NCBI GenBank assembly: GCA_964291285.2
Contig: OZ219787.1
Location: 320,001 to 384,000, forward strand
Reading direction: 5' to 3'
Source of the DNA: Alphaproteobacteria bacterium
Lineage (GTDB): Bacteria > Pseudomonadota > Alphaproteobacteria > Bin95
DNA: 64,000 bases
In this document: one piece after another, positions 57,771 to 64,000 of the stretch
Numbering within the stretch: the first letter of the stretch is position 1
Layout: each line of letters begins with the position of its first letter
Position numbers and translations under genes: made by a program
Notes under the pieces: model-generated
Told to the model about the DNA's origin: nothing
Seen by the model: the letters and a program-made list of their open reading frames with translations, nothing else
Database searches by the model: none

Positions 57771-57804
57771 GTAACCTGTATTCAGATGGCGGACATCTGA
57801 ATAC
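57771..57804. mobile_element. Probable orphan IS end (IS66-like GTAA terminus) with an internal hairpin
   Basis: GTAACCTGTATTCAG starts at the DUF2493 break; 11-bp IR gtattcagatg / catctgaatac. Confidence 0.4.
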
Positions 57805-58048
57805 GAAAATTTATACAATAAAACCCGTTATCTACAGACATTGACCGAGACAGGCGCAGGAAACTTGCAGCTGTTGGGCATCGAATAGGTACCAGTTGAT
57901 TTCAAAGCTCTGCGCCCCAAACCGCGTCGATGCCGCATTCACCGCGTCTCCGGTTGCCGGTTGCCGGCTACCGTCAGGCGCCGGGCCCGACCCTTCACGA
58001 TCGATCGCTTCGGCGCCGATCGGCGCCGAAGCGATGCGCCGGGCAACA

Positions 58049-58329
58049 CAATGGACGTAGAAGCCCATCCTCGACCGCTGCATCCGCTGGACGGCGTCGA
58101 TCAGCCAGGACGGGCAAACGAACTCGGGAGCGACCCGCAGGATGCAGCTCCCCATGGTCTCCCGGCTGCTTCCGAACCGCACGTCGAACAGCGCCCATAT
58201 CGTGAAACAGCTGACCGTCAACGGGCTCATCGGCGGCCCGGACGGCATGTATTCGTCCTCGGCGGCGCCGACGATCCTGACGAAACCCTTCGCCTGTCCC
58301 ATCCCGGAAATCGACTCCGACATGAGTGA
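58049..58329 (-). pseudogene. Internal fragment of a conserved island hypothetical protein
   Basis: Protein-like segment EDEYMPSGPPMSPLTVSCFTIWALFD...MQRSRMGFYVH, cut by IS630 on one side and a palindromic scar on the other. Confidence 0.5.
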
Positions 58330-59496
58330 TACCAGCGGGCATAGTTCAGAACCCATTGGCCCATTTTCGGGTTCCGATGGAGGCGATGCGTTCTGGTTGT
58401 GAGACGAGATTGTTCCAGGCTTGGCAGCAGTGATCGAGTATGTCGTCGTAGCTTTTGAAGACGCGGTTCGAGGGCCAATTTTCGCGCATGAACTGCCAGA
58501 CATTCTCGACGGGATTGAGTTCGGGGGACCGGGGCGGGAGCGGCATCAGGGTTATGTTGTCGGGGACTTTGAGGGCCGGGGATGTGTGCCATCCGGCCCG
58601 GTCGAGCATGACGAGGGCATGGGCTCCGGGTTCAACGGTGAGGGCGACCTCGGCGAGGTGGGCGTTGAGTGCCTCCGTGTTGGCGTGGGGCATGACGAGG
58701 CCGGCGGCCTTGCCCTTCTGCGGGCATATGGCGCCGAAGATGTAGGCCGGGATGGTTCTCTGGTCCTTGGGCGCTGACGGTCGGGTGCCGCGTTTCGCCC
58801 ATCGCCGGGTGATCCTGTTCTTCTGCCCGACGCGCGCCTCGTCCCGCCACCGGACTTCGACCTCGACGCCGTCGCCGAGTGCAGCGCGGATCTCCTTCAG
58901 GCGGTCGGGGAAGTTTTTTTGAACGCCGCCAGCGCGGCTTCGTCCCGGGCATGGTGGCGCGGGCGCGCAGACAGCCTGGCGTAGCCCATCCGGCGCAACT
59001 CCCGCCCGACCGTCGTCTCCGCCAACGAGATGCCGAACTGCTCGCTGAGCCATGCCGCCAGGTCGCAGCGCCGCCACCGCACCACGCCGTGGATCGCCGG
59101 GTCCGGACCGCTCTCCACAACCGCCGCCAGCGCCGCGCGCTGCTCCCCGTTCAACTTGCGCGGCGGACCTGAGGCCTTGCGATCCTTCAATCCCTCCGGG
59201 CCTTCCGCGTTGAAGCGAAGAACCCAGTCCCGGATGATCTGCAAGCCCACCCCCGCAAAACGCGCCGCATCCGAACGACGGTAACCGTCGTAAATCACCG
59301 CAAGCGCAAGAAGGCGACGGTTCTGCGAACCATCCCGGCTCCGCTGCGCCAAGCCGCGCAACTGCGCCGCATCAAAATCCTCCCTCAAGGGGATTGCTGC
59401 CCTCATAACGACCCTCCAATCGCAGAATCGCTATTGAGTCAGAACTCGATAACCTTGGGAATCCCCTCAATGAGTCTCAACCCTCAACCGCTGGTA
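58330..59496 (-). mobile_element. IS630 family insertion sequence
   Basis: Terminal IR taccagcgg / ccgctggta with TA at both ends; two-ORF transposase. Confidence 0.88.
58346..59406 (-). CDS. IS630 transposase, orfA (59406-58897) plus orfB, probably joined by a -1 frameshift
   Basis: HTH orfA; A7 slippery run at 58914-58920; DEARVGQ, DRAGWH and PELNPVE catalytic motifs. Confidence 0.88.
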
Positions 59497-59609
59497 TTAC
59501 GGCCCAGTCGTGGGAATCGCCTGATCCCGCCGCGACAGATGCGATGCACCTGGACACCCTGACGGACGAATCCACGCTCAAGCGGAGGGGTCTTCTCCCC
59601 CGCGACCCC

Positions 59610-59662
59610 AGGAGCACCGGGATCACCGTCGAGCACAGGACCATAGGAGCACCGGGAACACT
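59610..59662 (+). repeat. Tandem degenerate 9-mer array (GGAGCACCG-like)
   Basis: ggagcaccg ggatcaccg tcgagcaca ggaccata ggagcaccg ggaacact. Confidence 0.6.
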
Positions 59663-60001
59663 ACGATCCCGTGGCAATCCCTTGATCTCCGGCCATTATT
59701 TCCGACTGCGCATTCCAATTCATATCTTGGATTGACACTATATTTTTCTGATTCATATATCAAATCGATCTAATAAAACCTCCGGCCGGAAAACCTATTT
59801 AGTATTAAGTCCTTGATTTACTGTGTTTTTCTATTATGTTTTCCAGCAACGGACATTTGCAGCGGATGTGTCGATTCCAAACGGCCTATTCCGGTGCGCG
59901 GCACGGAGCGGAGCGAAGCACGTGCGGGCAAGATTGTTCCGCAGGGCCGGGCGTCCACACCCCGGCCCGATCTTTCGGCCAAACGCCAAGAGGAGCAAGA
60001 C

Positions 60002-60583
60002 ATGGCGACGGAAAGCAAGAAACGCCTCAGCAAGATCGCCCGCCAGAAGCTGCGCATGCGCGATACGCTGTGGCCCGAACTTGACGAGGCGCGATTGTGG
60101 TCGCGCGAGCGGTCGGACGGCTGGCTCAGCATGCCACGGCCGATGCCGCTGCTCATGAAGGTCATGGACAGCCTGTCCAAGGGTAAGCCGGTTTCCTCGA
60201 CCTATCTCGACCTCTGGTGCCGGACTTACGACGACTCCTTCGTTATCGCCAACAAGGACCGCGAGATGGCGTACTTCTCAGGGTTCAGCGGCGAGCGGGC
60301 CGTACGCACTTGGACAATGCGCATGCGAACCCTCAATGACCTCGGCTTTATCGATATCAAGAGCGGACCGAACGGGCCGATCAGCTACGTCCTGATTTTC
60401 AACCCCTACCTCGTCGTGCGCCAACTCTATGAAGCCGGCCAAATCAACGAAACCTTCTTCAACTCCCTCGCCCAGCGGATGATCGAGATCGGCGCTCACG
60501 ACCTCAGCGACCCGCCTGACGAGGAAGAGGCGAAACCCCCATCCGTCCGACGCCGTCGCCGCGCCGGAAAGGCAACAGCATGA
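60002..60583 (+). CDS. Conserved island protein with a predicted winged HTH
   Basis: GAGGAG RBS; STYLDLWCR, EMAYFSGFSGERAVRTW..RMR.L..LGFI helix-wing pattern. Confidence 0.65.
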   Translation: MATESKKRLSKIARQKLRMRDTLWPELDEARLWSRERSDGWLSMPRPMPLLMKVMDSLSKGKPVSSTYLDLWCRTYDDSFVIANKDREMAYFSGFSGERAVRTWTMRMRTLNDLGFIDIKSGPNGPISYVLIFNPYLVVRQLYEAGQINETFFNSLAQRMIEIGAHDLSDPPDEEEAKPPSVRRRRRAGKATA

Positions 60584-60846
60584 GCACAGAAAACAAGGAA
60601 TCGAGCGCCGAAACGGATGACGACAATCCGGCCGACGCGACCAATGGTGGAGAACCTGCCACGCCGCAGACCAACTTTGACCGGCTGATCGCGCATCTGC
60701 CCGAGGACAGCCTCGCCGCGAAACTCGTGACCGCCTACGCGGCGTCAGGCGAGGCAGCACCCGCCGATGCCATCGCAGAGGTCGCCGCAAACCGTCTCGA
60801 TGAACTGAAGCAGAGCCATGACAACACTGAAGATCAACAAGATTGA
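60580..60846 (+). CDS. Small acidic hypothetical protein
   Basis: 88 aa; ATGA overlap with the upstream gene and 29-nt overlap with the downstream ATPase. Confidence 0.6.
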   Translation: MSTENKESSAETDDDNPADATNGGEPATPQTNFDRLIAHLPEDSLAAKLVTAYAASGEAAPADAIAEVAANRLDELKQSHDNTEDQQD

Positions 60847-61193
60847 GATGCAGGGCTTCCGGGCTTTCGGCCGGAAGGCACAGACGCTGTCCTTCGGCTC
60901 GTCACTGGCCGCCATCTGGGCACCGAACAGCCAGGGCAAGACCAGCCTTGCCGAGGCGTTCGAGTTCCTGCTGACCGGACAGATCGTCCGTCGCCAGCTC
61001 TTGGCCAGCACCCAGGACGAATTCGCTGACGCCCTGCGCAACGCCCATATGCCAGCCGCCATACCCACATACGTCGAGGCGGAGATCACCGGCATTGACG
61101 GCCGGACGCACAACGTCAGGCGGACACTGATCTCGGACTACGCCAAGCGGAAAGACTGCCAGTCAGCCCTGCAGATCGACGGCGTCGAGGCTA

Positions 61194-62030
61194 GGTCGTG
61201 TACCCATAAGGGGTTTCTTCTTCAGCGAAGCTGTGATTCAAGCTCCCAACTTCAGGGAGCGAGGACATGGGCCGGTACGATCTGACGGACTTCGAATGGC
61301 GGGTTATCAAGCCGTTGCTGCCGAACAAGACCCGTGGGGTGCCGCGGGTTGACGACCGGCGGGTGTTGAACGGCATTCTGTGGGTGCTTCGCGCGGGGGC
61401 GCCGTGGCGAGACCTGCCGGAGCACTACGGGCCTTGTACGACCTGCTACAACCGGTTCAACCGCTGGCGCAAGAAGGGCATCTGGGATCAGTTGATGGAT
61501 GCGGTGGTGGAGGCTCACGACGGCAATGTGCAGATGATCGACAGTTCGAGCGTCCGGGTTCACCAGCATGCGGCGGGATCAAAAAAGGGGGTCCGGATCG
61601 TTGCATGGGCCGTTCCCGTGGCGGACTGACCACGAAGATCCACGCCGTGTCGGACGTGAGCGGCCTGCCGGTCCGCTATGACCTCAGCCCTGGCCAGGCG
61701 CACGACACCACGGCCGCCGGTGCCATGCTGGCGACCCTGCCGCCCGACAGTTTCCTCATCGCCGACAAGGCCTATGACGCCAAATGGATCCGTGACCTGA
61801 TCGAGCAACACGATGCCGTCCCGATCATCCCCGACCGCGAAGGCGCGAAGACCAGGCACGCTTTCTCCAAACCCTTGTATAAATTGCGAAACCGGATCGA
61901 ACGCGCCTTCAACAAACTCAAGCAGTTCCGCCGCATCGCCACCCGATACGAAAAGCTCGCGGCCAACTTCCTCGCCATGATCAAGATCGCTACTGTCAGG
62001 CTCTGGCTACGCGCTTATGAGTCCACGGCC
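61194..62030 (+). mobile_element. IS5 family (IS427-like) insertion sequence
   Basis: IR ggtcgtgtacccataag / cttatgagtccacggcc; TA duplicated at 61192-61193 and 62031-62032. Confidence 0.92.
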
Positions 62031-62033
62031 TAA
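61267..62033 (+). CDS. IS5 transposase, two ORFs probably joined by a -1 frameshift
   Basis: LTDFEW, GAPWRDLP, IDSS.VR.HQHA; A6G5 slippery site at 61581-61591; GRSRGGLTTKIH, ADKAYD, KQFRRIATRYEK. Confidence 0.9.
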
Positions 62034-62763
62034 TGAAAGCGATCTCGCCACCCTCGGCATCGTGCTCTCGCAACCGCCCCTCGCGGCGCCGGTCCTCGCT
62101 CAGCACACGCTCGGTTATCTCTTTTCCGCCCGGCCGCAGGACCGCGCCACGTATTTCAAGAGGATCCTTGAAGTCACGGATCTGGAAGAACTGCGAGGCG
62201 CGGTGGCGGGGCTCGACGCCGCGTTCAAGCCCGATGACGGCGACCGCCACTTAAGCCGGCTTGCTGGCGCCGCAGCCATCGAGAACGCGGAGCCACTTCT
62301 AGCACCCCTCGGTTCGGCTGTGCCGGCGCCTGCCGTTCTCGCCGCCGCGGTCGATGGGGCGATCACAGCCGTCCTGACCGCGGCCGAGCACCCATTGCCG
62401 ACAGTGCCCGCCGGGCGTCTGGTTGCGCTCGAAGGCTTGTTGCTGGAGCGACGGGCCAAGACATTCCCGGTTGACGGGTTCGCCAGGAGAGCGCTCGTCA
62501 ACTGGACCGAACCTGCCCAAGGAGAATGGGACACGCTCGATGTCTACCTAGCCGAGCGCGAAACGGTGGAGGAGGAGACGCGCCGTCTGATCGCGCTGTT
62601 CAGGGAGGCCTTGGCCATCCCCGCCGTCAATGCCGCGACGCAGCCCATCGACTGCCCACTGTGTGGTACGGAAGGCAGCCTGACGCCGGAGCGCATCGCC
62701 TTTATCCGCACCCGGGCGCAAGAGACCGACGACTTCCAGACCGCTCAGGCGGCAGCGATTGAC

Positions 62764-64000
62764 CCTAAATCCGGCAGTTGACGAGCTTGATCGCTGTCTC
62801 GGGGTAGTGTGAACGGTCGGATTTGGGCGTGGATTTCAGCACGTGGTCGCGGCCCTGGGTGGCGGCAGCCAGGGTTGACGCCCCGGTTCGCGGCCATGGA
62901 GGTATTTCCTGAGCGCCTCGGCGAGGATGCGGCGCCAGCGATCCCCGGCGCTCAACTGCTCCGCAGTTTGCGTCAGCGACCGGAAGAAGCCGGCGATCCG
63001 GCGCAGCGCCGCCATCACCGTCTTGCGACGCCCGTGATGGGAGGTCACCGTCAGCCGGGTCTGGCCGGCGTGGTGGGTCTGGCGGGCAACCCCGTGCAGG
63101 AGCAGCGGCCGGCTGGTGATCGCCTCGCGGTGATGGTCGGGGTCGGCGAGGCGCACGAACAGGCTCCACCAGTTGTAGATGAGCGCGATCAGCCGGGCCA
63201 TGTGCCGGCAGCGCGTCAGGTCGCGCGTGGTGAAGCCGCCCCAACCCCACTGGTTCTTCAACTCGTCGAAGCCGTTCTCCGCGTCCGCCCGGTCGCGGTA
63301 GAGCTGGGCCAGCGAGCGTATCTCCAGGTCCAGCGAGGTCGCCAGCACCGCGAACTCCCACACCCCGGTGCCGGGCTGCGCCTCGGTCCAGAACAGCTCG
63401 CCCTGGGCCTTGTCGCCACGCGTCAGCGCCAGCGTCGCAGGAAGCCGCCGACGCAGCACCACAACCCGGCGCGTCCGGCTCCAGCCCTGCAGACGCAGAT
63501 CGGCCCCGATCCCCGACCAGCCCTGGCCTGCATCCTCCCAGCCGTCCCGCACCATCAGCCGCTCGGCAAGCCGGCGCGCCCCCTTCGTCAGGCGCAGCTT
63601 GAACAAATAGTCCAGACCCGCAGCCTCGCACGACGCCATGTTGGCCTCGCTGCCCCAGTCCTTATCGCCCCGCACCAGACGCGGCCAGCGATCCCGACCG
63701 AGACGGTCGAGCAACGCCCACAAGGACGGCGCCGCGCGCCTCGAATGGTGATGGTTGCCCGGCGCCACCTCGACATCCAGAACAAGCCGCGTGCCCGCCA
63801 TCAGGAACGCATGGCAGGCATGCGAGGGGCGGCCCGGCTTCTTCGGGTTGTAGCTCACAACCGCCCCCTCCTGACGACCGTAAAGCGCCTTGATCGTCGT
63901 GTCGCAGTCCAGAACCCACGGCTCCCTCAGCAGCGGACGGACCACCTCGTCCAGATGGCCCTGAAGCCACGATGTGCCGACATCCGCACCGATCCGCTCC
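62764..64000 (-). mobile_element. IS1380 family insertion sequence (runs past the window end)
   Basis: Terminus CCTAAATCCGGCAG at the point where the ATPase frame is lost; other end not visible. Confidence 0.75.
62836..64000 (-). CDS. IS1380 family transposase (5' end outside the window)
   Basis: LDCDTT...YGRQEGA..SYNP, VRGD, YRDRADAENGFDELK; frame stays open to base 64000. Confidence 0.85.
   Translation of the reverse strand, partial: ERIGADVGTSWLQGHLDEVVRPLLREPWVLDCDTTIKALYGRQEGAVVSYNPKKPGRPSHACHAFLMAGTRLVLDVEVAPGNHHHSRRAAPSLWALLDRLGRDRWPRLVRGDKDWGSEANMASCEAAGLDYLFKLRLTKGARRLAERLMVRDGWEDAGQGWSGIGADLRLQGWSRTRRVVVLRRRLPATLALTRGDKAQGELFWTEAQPGTGVWEFAVLATSLDLEIRSLAQLYRDRADAENGFDELKNQWGWGGFTTRDLTRCRHMARLIALIYNWWSLFVRLADPDHHREAITSRPLLLHGVARQTHHAGQTRLTVTSHHGRRKTVMAALRRIAGFFRSLTQTAEQLSAGDRWRRILAEALRKYLHGREPGRQPWLPPPRAATTC

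Larger units (their letters stand above)
60818..62763 (+). pseudogene. Rad50/SbcC-like (SMC-type) ATPase, interrupted by IS5 and cut again by IS1380
   Basis: KIEMQGFRAF, Walker A APNSQGKTS, Q-loop-like VLAQH, Zn hook CPLCG; removing IS5 restores the frame (GVEA-NESDLA). Confidence 0.8.

Noticed and set aside
56935-57800. Several overlapping 170-230 aa ORFs on both strands
   Set aside because: Low-complexity Arg/Ala/Pro translations typical of GC-rich non-coding DNA. Only the DUF2493 fragment is recognisable.

Overview
High-GC alphaproteobacterial chromosome segment. The core backbone runs alaX-sseA-metC, a pccA/BCCP/rsmD block, a Liv-type ABC transporter, echA, aidB-cobT-cobS, bolA, secA, csp-MerR-ihfA-fabH-plsX-rpmF, a Kef antiporter, Usp, a tandem glycine riboswitch with gcvT-H-PA-PB, and dksA-ileS-lspA-pgi-mutL. 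Three accessory zones interrupt it. (1) An AT-richer, RlmJ-like methyltransferase orphan at 12.9-13.7 kb. (2) A KAP P-loop NTPase gene at 33.5-39.2 kb, split by an IS1634 and an IS256; removing both restores a 718-aa ORF. (3) An island from 47.2 kb to the window end. It holds an overlapping three-gene unit (phage-tail-like Gly-rich domain, Xre/MbcA-type antitoxin, RES toxin) and a truncated NHLP/proteusin-type RiPP locus (flavin-dependent halogenase, beta-barrel, LolA-like protein, miniature secretion adaptor, C39-peptidase ABC exporter). These are followed by a mosaic of mobile-element scars and a wHTH / small acidic / Rad50-like ATPase operon broken by IS5 and IS1380. I saw no rRNA, tRNA or CRISPR array. 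All family calls come from reading motifs by eye, not from database searches.
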